The notes below the pieces were generated by a model. That model did no database searches. It was given only the letters and a program-made list of their open reading frames with translations, and was not told the origin of the DNA. The translations under genes and the position numbers were made by a program. From an uncultured Clostridia bacterium (GTDB lineage: Bacteria; Bacillota; Clostridia; Christensenellales; Borkfalkiaceae): DNA of 64,000 bases. This document shows positions 8,193 to 19,000 of this stretch, one piece after another. Every line of letters begins with the position of its first letter. The stretch's first letter is position 1. The DNA lies in assembly GCA_934271065.1 (NCBI GenBank), contig CAKQQQ010000004.1:90308-154307 (forward strand), written 5' to 3'.

Positions 8193-9326
8193 TCAGAAAT
8201 CGCGGCAAAAGGACATATCGTCGAGCGCGTAAAGCAGGGCTTTTAACTCTTTGCGGGTGTTGAACGGCGACGCGCTCGCCCGCACCAACCCGAATTTTTC
8301 CGTGCCTAAAAACCTGTGCATTTCGGGTGCGCAATGATACCCGCCGCGAACGGCTATTCCGTACTCGTCCGAAAGTCTGGCGGCGACTTCCTGCGAAGGC
8401 AGTTCCGCGTGCGCGAACGAGACTATGCCGTAGGGGTTGGGCAGGGAATACGTTCTGACGAACGGGCGGCGGTCGAGTTCGGATACGAGATATTCGGTAA
8501 GCGACGTCAACTGTTCGCCGAAATACGTCAGGTTTGTTTTGACGTACGGCGCGGCGGCGGAAAGAGAGCATATAGCCGGCAGGTTGAGCGTACCCGCTTC
8601 CATACGTTCGGGCAGGTCGGCGGGCATATCGCGATTGAACGTATCGCTGCCCGTTCCGCCGCGCGCGAAAGGTCGGATAACCGTCTTATCGCCCAATAGA
8701 AGCAAACCTACGCCCTGAATCGCGCAAAGCCCCTTGTGTCCGGCGAGACATAGCGCGTCGGCGCGTAGATTACGGACGCTCAACTCGACGTGTCCGCCCG
8801 CCTGCGCCCCGTCTACGATATAACGGATATTCTTCGCGGCAAGCAGTTCTCCGACGGCGTAAACGTCGTTCGCCGTGCCCGTCACGTTCGACGCGGCGGA
8901 TAAAACCACGAGTCTGGTGTTCGGCGTCAGGGCTTTTTCGACGTCTTGCGCGCTCACGCCGCCCAAGGTCGGTTTTATCGCGGTCAGGGTTATTTCGGCT
9001 CGGTCTTCGAGATCGTATAAGGGGCGCAGAACGGCGTTGTGTTCGGTTACGCTCGTTATAACTTCGCCGCCCTTTTCGTACAAACCGTAAACGGCGGCGT
9101 TCAACGCCGCCGTACAGTTATGCGTAAAAACGACGCGTTCGGGCGAGCAGTCGAAGAGTTCCGACACGGCTTTTCTGCAATCGAATACGGCTTTTCGGCA
9201 TTTGAGCGCGGACTCGTGTCCGCTTCTGCCGGCGTTGGCGTTCATAAATTTAATCGCGTAAAGCGCGGCGTCGGTAACGGCGGACGGCTTGAAGCCGCAG
9301 GTGGCGGCGTTGTCGAGATATATCAT
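8193..9326 (-). CDS. Cysteine desulfurase / class V aminotransferase (NifS/CsdA-like)
   Basis: N-terminus MIYLDNAATCGFKP, a PLP-lysine region (LAGHKGL), and length of 377 aa. The -10 TACAAT lies 9 nt before the ATG and there is no SD. Confidence 0.8.
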   Translation of the reverse strand: MIYLDNAATCGFKPSAVTDAALYAIKFMNANAGRSGHESALKCRKAVFDCRKAVSELFDCSPERVVFTHNCTAALNAAVYGLYEKGGEVITSVTEHNAVLRPLYDLEDRAEITLTAIKPTLGGVSAQDVEKALTPNTRLVVLSAASNVTGTANDVYAVGELLAAKNIRYIVDGAQAGGHVELSVRNLRADALCLAGHKGLCAIQGVGLLLLGDKTVIRPFARGGTGSDTFNRDMPADLPERMEAGTLNLPAICSLSAAAPYVKTNLTYFGEQLTSLTEYLVSELDRRPFVRTYSLPNPYGIVSFAHAELPSQEVAARLSDEYGIAVRGGYHCAPEMHRFLGTEKFGLVRASASPFNTRKELKALLYALDDMSFCRDF

Positions 9327-9379
9327 AGTAATAATATTGTATGCGCAAGGCGCAAGTAAATGCAGGGGGAAAAACTAAA

Positions 9380-9607
9380 ATGACGAAATATTGTCTTGCG
9401 GTTTTCGCGTCGGGAACGCAGGCGTACGAATTTTGCGATATACTGCTCCGCGCGGGGATCGATTGCCGCGTAACGAACGCCCCGACGCAATCGGGCGCGG
9501 GTTGCGGCGTGTCGGTAAAATTTCCTTACGCAAATCTGCCTTATGCCCGAAGAGTTGCGGACGGAAGATTTCCGTCCTTTCGCGGATTTTATTTTTTAAG
9601 CAGATAA
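9380..9607 (+). CDS. DUF3343-family small protein (putative S/Se-carrier-like protein commonly paired with cysteine desulfurases)
   Basis: About 75 aa. The pattern MTKYCLAVFASGTQAYEFCDILLRAGIDCRVTNAPTQSGAGCGVSVKF is typical of DUF3343. It is divergent from the desulfurase gene. Confidence 0.55.
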   Translation: MTKYCLAVFASGTQAYEFCDILLRAGIDCRVTNAPTQSGAGCGVSVKFPYANLPYARRVADGRFPSFRGFYFLSR

Positions 9608-9651
9608 CCGCGAATTTCGTTTAAGGCGGTCGAACCGTAATAAAAAATCTG

Positions 9652-9692
9652 AAAAACGCCCCGTTTTGGTTGTGAAACGGGGCGTTTTGTGC
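9652..9692 (+). terminator. Rho-independent terminator after the DUF3343 gene, overlapping the -35 box of the nth promoter
   Basis: AAAACGCCCCGTTTT...GAAACGGGGCGTTTT hairpin followed by a T-tract. Confidence 0.65.
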
Positions 9693-9698
9693 TAAAAT
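9670..9698 (+). promoter_or_regulatory. sigmaA-type promoter of nth: TTGTGA, 17-nt spacer, TAAAAT. The ATG lies 9 nt downstream, so the transcript would be leaderless.
   Basis: Hexamers at 9670-9675 and 9693-9698; ATG at 9708; no SD. Confidence 0.5.
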
Positions 9699-9707
9699 AT
9701 CGATGAT

Positions 9708-10343
9708 ATGACCAAAGACGAAGCCTTGCGGCTCGTCGACGGGCTGGAAGCCCTGTACCCCGACGCGCGCCCCGCGCTGAATTTCGGCACTCCGTACGAA
9801 CTGCTCGTGGCGGTAGTGCTTTCGGCGCAATGCACCGACGCGCGCGTGAACAAGGTAACCGAAAAACTCTTCGCCGTGGCGAACACGCCCGAGAAGATGC
9901 TCCGTCTTAAACGAACCGAACTCGAAAAGTATATATATTCCTGCGGGTTTTATCACGCCAAAGCCGAGCATATTCTGTCGGCGAGCAGAGATATAATCGA
10001 AAAATTCGGCGGCGAAGTCCCGTCCGACCGCGCCGATCTGCAAACTCTCGCGGGGGTGGGGCGGAAGACCGCAAACGTCGTCTACGCCGTGGCGTTCGGC
10101 GGCGACGCGATAGCGGTGGACACGCACGTTTTCCGCGTGGCTAACCGCACGGGGCTGGGCAAGGGCAAGACTCCGACGGAAGTCGAAAAACGATTGAATA
10201 AGTCCGTACCCGAAAGCGAGTGGTCGAAGATGCACCATTGCCTTATACGGCACGGCAGAACGGTATGCACGGCGCGTTCGCCCAAGTGCGCGGAATGTGC
10301 GATAAACGCTCTATGCGAGTATTATAAGAAGAATAACGGGTAG
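9708..10343 (+). CDS. nth: Endonuclease III
   Basis: HhH-GPD fold (LAGVGRKTANVV) and the C-terminal 4Fe-4S loop C-x6-C-x2-C-x5-C. Confidence 0.88.
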   Translation: MTKDEALRLVDGLEALYPDARPALNFGTPYELLVAVVLSAQCTDARVNKVTEKLFAVANTPEKMLRLKRTELEKYIYSCGFYHAKAEHILSASRDIIEKFGGEVPSDRADLQTLAGVGRKTANVVYAVAFGGDAIAVDTHVFRVANRTGLGKGKTPTEVEKRLNKSVPESEWSKMHHCLIRHGRTVCTARSPKCAECAINALCEYYKKNNG

Positions 10344-10351
10344 TAAAAAAT

Positions 10352-11629
10352 ATGTTGGTAGATAAATTTCTTGACAGAGAGACCATAACTATAAAGTCGG
10401 GCGACGGCGGCGACGGCGCGGTTTCGTTTATGCGCTATAAAGGCGTGGCGAACGGCGGTCCGGACGGCGGCGACGGCGGCAAGGGCGGCGACGTGTATTT
10501 CGTCGCGGACAGGCATCGTTCCAGCCTTATCGACTTTATGTATAAACGCAAATACGTCGCCGAGAACGGCGGCAGGGGCGGCACTAACAAGTGTCACGGC
10601 AAGGACGGGGAAGACGTATATATCCGCGTTCCGTTAGGCACGGTCGTAAAAGACGCCGAAAGCGGAAAGATCATATGCGATATGTACGAAAACGGTCAGA
10701 CCGAACTCGTACTCGAAGGCGGCAACGGCGGCAAGGGCAATCTGCACTTCTGCACGTCGCGCAGACACGCGCCGCATTTTTCGCAGGCGGGCGAGAAGAC
10801 CGAACCGAGAAAGATAATACTCGAACTTAAAATCATCGCGGACGTAGGGCTGATAGGCTTCCCGAACGTAGGAAAGTCCACGTTGCTTTCGGGCATATCG
10901 GCGGCGCGGCCGAAGATAGCCAACTACCACTTTACGACGTTGTCGCCCAATCTCGGCGTAGTCAGGTATTACGACGAGTCGTTCGTCTGCGCCGACATAC
11001 CCGGTCTTATCGAAGGCGCGGCGCAGGGCGCGGGGCTGGGCATAGAGTTTTTGCGGCATATCGAGCGCACGCGCGTACTCGTGCACGTCGTGGACGCGTC
11101 GGGTTGCGAAGGCAGAGATCCTTACGAAGACTATAAAAAGATAAACGCCGAACTCAAAGCCTACGACGCGGAACTGAGCAAGCGTCCGCAGGTAATCGCG
11201 CTCAACAAGTGCGACGTGGCGAGCGAAGAGAATATACGGGCGTTCAAAAAGAAGATAAACGGGCGGCGTAAGGTGTTTACGATAAGCGCGACGGAAGGTA
11301 CGGGTACGGATAAACTCGTGGCGTATCTCGTCGGGTTGCTTGCCGAGTTGCCCGCGCCCGCGCCCATCGAACACGAAGAATTCCGTTACGAAAAGGAAGA
11401 CGTCAGAAAATTCACGGCGCGTTACGACGAAGAAGACGGAGTTTACGTCGTGGACGGACCTATCGTAAGGCTGCTCGAACGCAACGTCATACTCGACAAT
11501 ATGGATTCCATAGCGTATATGCACAAAACGCTCAAAGACTACGGCGTACTCGACGCGCTTAAAAAACTCGGCGTAAAGGACGGCGACACCGTCTGCATCG
11601 GCACGACCGAATTTGAATATATCGATTAA
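10352..11629 (+). CDS. obg: GTPase Obg
   Basis: Glycine-rich Obg fold (GGDGGDGG), G1-G5 motifs (GFPNVGKST, DIPGLIEGA, NKCD) and a C-terminal OCT/TGS domain. Confidence 0.9.
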   Translation: MLVDKFLDRETITIKSGDGGDGAVSFMRYKGVANGGPDGGDGGKGGDVYFVADRHRSSLIDFMYKRKYVAENGGRGGTNKCHGKDGEDVYIRVPLGTVVKDAESGKIICDMYENGQTELVLEGGNGGKGNLHFCTSRRHAPHFSQAGEKTEPRKIILELKIIADVGLIGFPNVGKSTLLSGISAARPKIANYHFTTLSPNLGVVRYYDESFVCADIPGLIEGAAQGAGLGIEFLRHIERTRVLVHVVDASGCEGRDPYEDYKKINAELKAYDAELSKRPQVIALNKCDVASEENIRAFKKKINGRRKVFTISATEGTGTDKLVAYLVGLLAELPAPAPIEHEEFRYEKEDVRKFTARYDEEDGVYVVDGPIVRLLERNVILDNMDSIAYMHKTLKDYGVLDALKKLGVKDGDTVCIGTTEFEYID

Positions 11630-11655
11630 ACTTAACCGTAAAGAAGGAGACGAAT

Positions 11656-11937
11656 ATGACTACTAAACAACGAAGCAAACTGCGTTCTATGGCGCAGACC
11701 GTCGAACCGATAGGTCAGATAGGCAAAGGCGGAATAAGCGATAATATGGTAGAAGGGCTTTCGGCGGCTCTTGAAGCGCGCGAACTCGTAAAGATAACCG
11801 TGCTTAAAAATTCCGACGACGGCGCGGGCGATCTTGCGCGCGAACTCGCCGAACGGCTTAACGCCGAAGTGGTATGCACGATAGGCAGAAAAATCGTGCT
11901 GTACCGCCGCAGCGAGAAAAACCTTATAGAATTATAA
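11656..11937 (+). CDS. yhbY: Ribosome-assembly RNA-binding protein YhbY (CRS1 domain)
   Basis: Contains KQRSKLRSMAQTVEPIGQIGKGGI, the canonical YhbY signature, and has a strong AAGGAG RBS. Confidence 0.85.
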   Translation: MTTKQRSKLRSMAQTVEPIGQIGKGGISDNMVEGLSAALEARELVKITVLKNSDDGAGDLARELAERLNAEVVCTIGRKIVLYRRSEKNLIEL

Positions 11938-11954
11938 AATTATAAAAGTCCGAA

Positions 11955-11992
11955 AGGCGGACGGGGCGCGTAAGCCCCGTCCGCCTTTTTTC
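11955..11992 (+). terminator. Rho-independent terminator after yhbY
   Basis: AGGCGGACGGGGC-gcgtaa-GCCCCGTCCGCCT followed by TTTTTT. Confidence 0.75.
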
Positions 11993-12000
11993 GATAAAGA

Positions 12001-12046
12001 AACTCCGTCGCCCGTTTGCAAACGAACGCAAACGGGCGACGGAGTT
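12001..12046. other. Perfect 19-bp stem-loop without a T-tract on the + strand
   Basis: AACTCCGTCGCCCGTTTGC-aaacgaac-GCAAACGGGCGACGGAGTT. Confidence 0.5.
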
Positions 12047-12377
12047 ACCGTTACAATCCCTTAACGGCGAAAACGGCGCGTTCGTCCGCACCGTAAAAAA
12101 CGGAAACCGCCGAAAAAAAATTTTATAAAATCAGCAAAAAAAGAAATAAGATAAGCAAAATAAGTATTGAAATCGGTCGGGCGGCGTGATATAATTAGAC
12201 GGCAGAACGGGGGTTTTTCCGCTCCGACCGTTCGGCAGACGCCGTTTATAATCATTATAAATGCGAATATAAGGCGGCGGGCGGCTCGGCTAAAAAGCCA
12301 CAGGTTAAAAACGAAAATTTTTGCATAGGGGCAAACCCTTTCCCGTCGGACGACGGGACACTTTAAGGAGAACGATT

Positions 12378-14072
12378 ATGAAGAATAAAATTGTTAAAAG
12401 ACTTCTCTGCGCCGCGCTCGTAGCGGCAACCGCTTTTTCGGCGATAGGCTGTAAAAAGAAAACGAACGAAGTCATCGACAAGACCAAAACTCAGATTTAC
12501 GTCCGCTCTTACACCAAGGGCTACGGCAGAAACTGGCTCGACGCGTGGAAGAGAGATTTCGAAGCGAAGTACGCCGAGACCGAATTCGAGCCGGGTTCGG
12601 GCAAAAAAGGCGCGCAGGTAGTCGTTCAGGCCGACAGTTTCGACGATCTTACTCAGGCGCAGATGAACGTTTCGGGCATAGATATATACTTTATGCAGAA
12701 CCAGTCTTACTATACGACGGTTGCCGACACGAGCGGCGACGGGCTCGAAGACCTTACTTCGCTCGTAAAGGGCGTAAGTTCGGTAGACGGCAAGACTATC
12801 GAAAGCAAACTCAACGCCCAGCAGAAAGAATTTTTCGGTATTAAGGGCGACGACGGTAACGCGCATTATTACGGCTTGCCGCACTATTACGGCACGAGCG
12901 GTATCATCTATAACGTAGACCTTTTCGAAGACAGGGGATTTTACTTTGCCGAAGACGGAGAGTTTATAAGCGACGATAACCCCGTCAGAAGCGCGGGGCC
13001 CGACGGCATACCCGGTAACGAAGACGACGGGCTGCCGAGAACTTACGCCGAATTTTTCAAGTTGCTCGACGAAATGTGCGCGCAGAAGATAATTCCGTTC
13101 GTATGGTCGGGTGCGAACTACACCTACTATCTCGGTCAACTTCTCGATTCGCTCGTCGCGGATTACGAAGGCGTTGACGATATGAAACTCAACTACACCT
13201 TCTCCGGCACGGAAAAACTCGTCAAATTCAACGCGGACGGAACGGTCGCGAAAGACGCCGCAGGCAACCTTATACTCGAAGAAACCGAAGTAAAGAGAAC
13301 CAACGGTTACGACGTGGCGCGTCAGCCGGGTAAGTATTACGCGATGGAATTTTTGAACAAACTGATGACCACCGACAAGTACCACACCGACGACGCGTAT
13401 AAACAGACTTCGCAGACGATGGCGGAACAGGCATTTCTCGAAAACGGCTGGACGGTTACGGGCAAAAAGAAAATAGCGATGCTCGTAGACGGACCGTGGT
13501 GGGAAAACGAAGCGTCCGAAATTATGAAGAGTATGGCGTTGATGGATAAGAAGTGGGCGAAAGAAAACCGTAACTTCGGTTGGATGCCGCTTCCCGCCGC
13601 CACGCAGGAAAAGTACGAGAGAAGAGTTGCCGGCGAGAAGAGCGTTTTCTACGACAGTCTTAACACGATGGTTATAATGACCAAAAACTCCGGATCGAGA
13701 AAAGAAGCGTGCTTCAAATTCCTTGAATATATAAGTTCCGACGAAGCGTTAAAGACGTTCGCCAAAGAGACGGGCGCGCTTCGCGGCTACTCGCTCGAAC
13801 TCACCGACGCCGAAATCAAAGAGATGAATCTGTCGTCCTTCTCGGCAAGTCTGTTGAGAAAGGTAAACGCGTCCGACACGCTTTACAGATACACTTCCGA
13901 CTCCTTCTTCAATAACAATCAGGCGATATTCAAATACGACGTCGCTTACGCCTGCGAAGGATATTCCAACGTGCCGCAGGGTTTCAGAGAAGGTAAGATG
14001 TCGGCGGAAGCGTACTTTACCGCGTACTACGACTTCCTTAAAAACAAACACGGATCGCTCTGGCAGAAATAA
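12378..14072 (+). CDS. Large lipoprotein solute-binding protein of a carbohydrate ABC transporter (family 1 SBP, LplA/YtcQ-like)
   Basis: Lipobox AFSAIGC, about 565 aa, AAGGAG RBS, and followed by two LplB/LplC-type permease genes. Confidence 0.8.
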   Translation: MKNKIVKRLLCAALVAATAFSAIGCKKKTNEVIDKTKTQIYVRSYTKGYGRNWLDAWKRDFEAKYAETEFEPGSGKKGAQVVVQADSFDDLTQAQMNVSGIDIYFMQNQSYYTTVADTSGDGLEDLTSLVKGVSSVDGKTIESKLNAQQKEFFGIKGDDGNAHYYGLPHYYGTSGIIYNVDLFEDRGFYFAEDGEFISDDNPVRSAGPDGIPGNEDDGLPRTYAEFFKLLDEMCAQKIIPFVWSGANYTYYLGQLLDSLVADYEGVDDMKLNYTFSGTEKLVKFNADGTVAKDAAGNLILEETEVKRTNGYDVARQPGKYYAMEFLNKLMTTDKYHTDDAYKQTSQTMAEQAFLENGWTVTGKKKIAMLVDGPWWENEASEIMKSMALMDKKWAKENRNFGWMPLPAATQEKYERRVAGEKSVFYDSLNTMVIMTKNSGSRKEACFKFLEYISSDEALKTFAKETGALRGYSLELTDAEIKEMNLSSFSASLLRKVNASDTLYRYTSDSFFNNNQAIFKYDVAYACEGYSNVPQGFREGKMSAEAYFTAYYDFLKNKHGSLWQK

Positions 14073-14140
14073 CCGAGCGACATAAACACGGAAAAACGAC
14101 GTGAACGCGTCGTTTTTCCGCCCGAAAAGGGAGAAATAAA

Positions 14141-15076
14141 ATGACCGATACCAAACGAAGACACAGGGCATTCCGCAGCAGGCGCAGCCTTATATTCTAT
14201 ATCTGTTTTCTGATATGGCCGATAGCGCAATTCTGCGTGTTCTATATCGGCGTGAACTTCAACTCGTTCGCGCTGGCGTTCAAGAACATACCCGACCTGC
14301 TCAAACCCAACGAATACACCCTTACTTTCGACAACTTCAAAAACTGGTTCGTTTCCGGCTCTGCCGACGCGGACAGACTTGCGCGGGCGTTGAAAGTGTC
14401 GGTAAAAACCTATTTCATCACGCTGTTTATAAGCGTACCGCTCGGGCTGTTCTTCTCGTATTATATATTCAAGAAGTTACCGGGCGCGATGACGTTCAGA
14501 GTAATGCTGTTTATGCCGTCGATAATTCCGAGCATCGTACTCGTAACGGTATTTATTTACTTTACCGATTTCGTGTTGCCCGATCTCTCGCTTAAATGGT
14601 TTAACGTAACCGTCAACGAAACGCTTTTGTCGTCTACGAAAACCCGTTACGGAACGGTTATGTTCTATAACATTTTCGTCGGGTTCGGAACGACCGTGTT
14701 ACTGTATTCCAACAAAATGGCGAGCATATCGCCCGAAGTGATAGAAGCGGCGGAACTCGACGGCGCGAACACCGCGCAGGAATTTTTTCGCATAGTGTTG
14801 CCGCAGACGTTCTCTACGGTTTCGATCTTTCTCGTAACGGGCGTAACGAGTATTTTCACTAACGAAATCAATAACTTCTCGTTCTTCCACTACTCGATGA
14901 ACCCCGACACGACCACGATAGGCTTCCTTATGTACTATAAGATGCAGCACGCCAAAAAAGACGTTACGCAATATCCGCCTATCGCCGCGCTCGGTCTTAT
15001 GTGTACCGCGATAGCGATACCCGTCACGTTCTTCGTGAGATGGCTGCTCGATAAATTCGGGCCGAGCGAAGACTAA
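14141..15076 (+). CDS. Carbohydrate ABC transporter permease (LplB/YtcP-like)
   Basis: Six TM segments and the EAA-loop motif EAAELDGANTAQEFFRIVLPQ. Confidence 0.85.
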   Translation: MTDTKRRHRAFRSRRSLIFYICFLIWPIAQFCVFYIGVNFNSFALAFKNIPDLLKPNEYTLTFDNFKNWFVSGSADADRLARALKVSVKTYFITLFISVPLGLFFSYYIFKKLPGAMTFRVMLFMPSIIPSIVLVTVFIYFTDFVLPDLSLKWFNVTVNETLLSSTKTRYGTVMFYNIFVGFGTTVLLYSNKMASISPEVIEAAELDGANTAQEFFRIVLPQTFSTVSIFLVTGVTSIFTNEINNFSFFHYSMNPDTTTIGFLMYYKMQHAKKDVTQYPPIAALGLMCTAIAIPVTFFVRWLLDKFGPSED

Positions 15077-15088
15077 GGGGGCGGAAAG

Positions 15089-15973
15089 ATGAAAGTTAAA
15101 ATGAAAGTAAAAGACACGCGAAGCCGTCTGTCGGTATTGACGGGCGTAATGCTCGTACTGCTCGTCGTATACTGCGCCGCGCTTCTCACGCTTATTATCT
15201 GGACCGCGCTTACCGCGCTCAAAGAGCCGATGGCGTTCAACAGGAATATGTCGGGGCTTCCGCACCCGTTTTATTTCAAGAACTTCGGTTACGTTCTGCA
15301 AAACGCCAAGATGATCAAGGCGCAGGGCGAAATCGCGTTTTCCGAAATAGTATGGAACTCGCTTCTGTACTCCGTCGGTTGCGCGCTTGCGAATACCGTC
15401 GTAACGTGCATAACCGCGTACCTTTGCGCGAGATACGTCTGCGGATTTTCCAAATTCTTATACTCGCTCGTACTCGTCGTAATGGTAATACCCATCATCG
15501 GCAGTCAGACTTCCGAACTCGAAATGTCGATTAAACTCGGCTTGTACGACAAGATGCTGGGTATGGTAGTTATGAGAGCGAACTTTTTGGGTTTGTATTT
15601 TCTCGTTTTCTACGACATATTCAAATCCACGCCGATGGCGTTCAGCGAAGCGGCGGAAATCGACGGCGCGGGGGATATGCAGATTATGGTAAAGATATTC
15701 TTCCCCATAGCGTCCAACACTTTCTTAACCGTACTATTGATAAACTTTATAGGCTATTGGAACAACTACCAAGTGCCTATGGTATTCGTACCCAACCACC
15801 CGACGCTTGCGGAATTTTTGTTCTATATCACGCAGAACACGGACGCGTTGTTTACGTTCGTACCCGTGCAGATGTCGGCGTCGCTGTTGTTGCTTGCGCC
15901 CGTAGTTATACTGTTCGTGGCGTTCAACAAAAAACTGCTCGGAAATCTGTCGGTAGGCGGGGTAAAGGGCTGA
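15089..15973 (+). CDS. Carbohydrate ABC transporter permease (LplC-like)
   Basis: TM-rich protein with the EAA-loop motif EAAEIDGAGDMQIMVKIFFPIA. Confidence 0.85.
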   Translation: MKVKMKVKDTRSRLSVLTGVMLVLLVVYCAALLTLIIWTALTALKEPMAFNRNMSGLPHPFYFKNFGYVLQNAKMIKAQGEIAFSEIVWNSLLYSVGCALANTVVTCITAYLCARYVCGFSKFLYSLVLVVMVIPIIGSQTSELEMSIKLGLYDKMLGMVVMRANFLGLYFLVFYDIFKSTPMAFSEAAEIDGAGDMQIMVKIFFPIASNTFLTVLLINFIGYWNNYQVPMVFVPNHPTLAEFLFYITQNTDALFTFVPVQMSASLLLLAPVVILFVAFNKKLLGNLSVGGVKG

Positions 15974-16000
15974 TACGACTCTCAAATTTTGAAAGGATAA

Positions 16001-19000
16001 ATGATGAAGAAAAAAGCATTGATTGCAACTTTCGCGTTGGCGTTCGCGCTGACCGCGACCGTCTTCGGGGTAACGGGTTTTTCGCGTTCCGCCGCGGACG
16101 ACGAACTCTGGTCCGAAGTTACTTTTGAAGAATATTACGCGCTGGGCGACGAACTGACCGTTCCGTCGCGCACGGTCGTCGCGGGCGGCAAAACGCTGTC
16201 GGCGTACTCCGCCGTGACGTATCCGAGCGGTAAGACGACCGCCCGCGCCGAGATACTTCTCGACGAAACGGGCGAATACGTCGTAGATTACTACGCCGCG
16301 GCAGACGGCAGGTATTACGGCGCGAGCGAGACCTTTTCGGTAAAAGGCGTAGCGTATAAATTCGGCGGTAAAACGAGTACGGCTTCTTTTGCGAGATACG
16401 TCGGTTACGGCTCGGATTCCACGGGCTTGCTCGTAAGGCTCGCCAACAAAGACTCGCTTAAATTCACTACCATTATCGATATGCGCGAAAAGACTTCCGC
16501 CGACAGCCTTATCAAAGGCTTCGTTACGCCCGACGCGCGCGGCAACGCGGACTTTTCGCGACTCGTGCTTAAATTTACCGACGTGACCGACGAGAATAAT
16601 TATCTTACCGTTCAGGTAAATAAATGGAGCACCAACGTCGCCGGCTTGTCGCTTTCGTTCGTTGCGGCGGGCGGAAACGGTCAGGATATGGTCGGCTGGG
16701 AAGTAAGTGGCGACGGCTCGGTTAAAAAGCACGTCAACGACGGCGTAGGCACGCCGATTCCGCACTCGTTCGTCGCGCAGACGAACCTTCCCCCGAACAC
16801 CTGGTCGGGTACGGCGGGCGATTTCATACCCGACAGCGCGCCGTTCTGGATTTCTTACGACGCGGCTACCAACTCCGTGTTCGCTTCGGGCAAACTCGTT
16901 GCGGATCTCGATAACCCCGAGTATTTTCCGAACGGAACGTGGAGCGGTTTCAAGAGCGGTAAGGTACAACTCAGCGTATCTGCCGACGGCTATAACGCGC
17001 CTACGGCTAATTTCTGCATACTTTCCGTGGCGGGCGTTCCCGCAGACGATTTGAAAAACAACGCCTTTACCGACGCCGAGCCGCCCGTAATCACTATCGA
17101 AAAAGATTACGAGATTATGCCCGACGCGAGAATTAACCGTCCGTATCCCGTTCCGCGCGCCACCGCGTTCGACGAATATTCGGGCGAGAGAAAGGTTACC
17201 GCAAGGGTATACACCGCTTACGGCACGCCTGCGCAGGCGGAAGTCGGAATATCCGACGGCAAATTCACGCCCAAGAAGTTGGGGTATTATTCCATAGTAT
17301 ATACCGCCGCCGACGCGGACGGTAACGTCGCGGAGTCCGTACTGCACGTTTACAGCGCGGAAAACACGCCCGACGTCGCGCTCGGCTTGCCCGCCGAAAG
17401 GCAAACGACCGCCGTTCTCGGCGAACTAGTGGAATTCGGCGCGGCTACGGTTTCGGGCGGAAGCGGAGCGATAAAAGTAACCGTTACGGCAACGCTCGGC
17501 GATAAAACCGAAACGATAAACGGCAGTTACAGATTCGAAACGGCGGGCGAATACGAGATAAAATACGTCGCCGAAGACTATATAGGCGTTACCGCGGAAG
17601 AGAGTTACGTTCTGACCGCGACGGCGGGCGAAAAACCGTCGTTCATCAACGAAATACGCCTTCCTTCGCCGCTTATATCCGGCGGGGAATATCTGATACC
17701 CGAATATTACGCCAACGACTATACGTCGGGCAAACTCGAAACGCGGCTCTGCGACGTTAAAATAACGGATAAGAGCGGCGAAAGGACGATTAAGAGCGGT
17801 AACACGTTCGTTCCGCAGGTCGAAAACAACGGCGACGAAGTAACGCTCGAATACGTCTGCGGCTCGGCGAGCAAGACGGTAAAAATTCCGACGGTCATAG
17901 CCAAAAAGGGCAAGAACGGCATTTACGCCGCCAACTACCTTTACGGTAACGCCAAGATCACCGCTTTGCGTTCGGGCGTGGACGCGGAAGTCGAAACCGC
18001 CGCCGATTCCGTCGGCTGGACGTTCGCCAACGCGCTTATTCCCGACGCGGTAGCGACGGAAATAGTGACCTACGCCGAAAATACGGCGTTCGACGCGTTC
18101 GAGTTTATAATCCGCGACTATTACGACGCGGACTGCCGCGTAAGGATAACGCTTACCGCCAAAGGCAAAATAGTTCTTTCGGTCGGCGCGGAGAGCGTAT
18201 CGAAAGACCTGTCGCTTGCCGAAGGCGTCGAATTCGGTCTGAAATACTCGGGCGGAAAAGTCATTTTCTCGCTAGGCGAAACCACGATGGCGGTAACGAT
18301 AAAGACCTATGCCGACGGAAGACCGTTCGACGGCTTCCCGAGCGGAAAGGTGTTCTTCGGCTGTAACGTTCTGTCGGCAGAGAGCGGCGCGAAATACAAC
18401 GTCCGTTCGGTCGGCGGCGATCCGCTTTCTTCGCGTGACAAAGACTACTCGTCGGCGACGCTCGAAATAATCGGCTCTCGCGGGGGCGTGGCGGAACTCA
18501 ACGACTCATACACGGTAAGGGCGGCGACTTCTTACGACACGTTCGCGCCGAACACTTCTTCGCGCGTGACGGTTTACGCGCCCGACGGCAGCGTTATGAG
18601 CGATATAAACGGCTTGAAACTCGAAAACGCGCCCACCGATAAAGAATACGTTATAAGACTTGCCTATTACGGCAGATATAAGATAGAATACTCCGCCGTC
18701 GAAGAGAACTGGGTAGGCAACGACGCGGGCGTGGAATACGACACGGTATTCGTACCCGACGAAATCGCGCCGACGGTCAGATTTACGGGTGGCGGCGATA
18801 AGAAAGCCAAACTCGGCGACGTGATCGTTATGCCGTCGTATACGGCAGGCGACAACGTCACGGCGAAAGAAGATCTCGTCGTAACGGCGTTCGTCGTCAA
18901 CCCCAACGGCAGACACATACTGCTCGGCGAAGCGAACTCGATAAAGACCGAATACAAAGGCAGATACACGTTCGTCGTTTACGTTACGGACGAAGCGGGT

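Noticed and set aside
12363-13385. 340-aa minus-strand ORF
   Set aside because: Antisense to the SBP gene, which has a lipoprotein signal and an RBS.
15734-17404. 556-aa minus-strand ORF
   Set aside because: Antisense to the permease and the 1012-aa secreted protein gene. Its composition is Arg/Gly/Val-rich and typical of a spurious frame, and it has no RBS.
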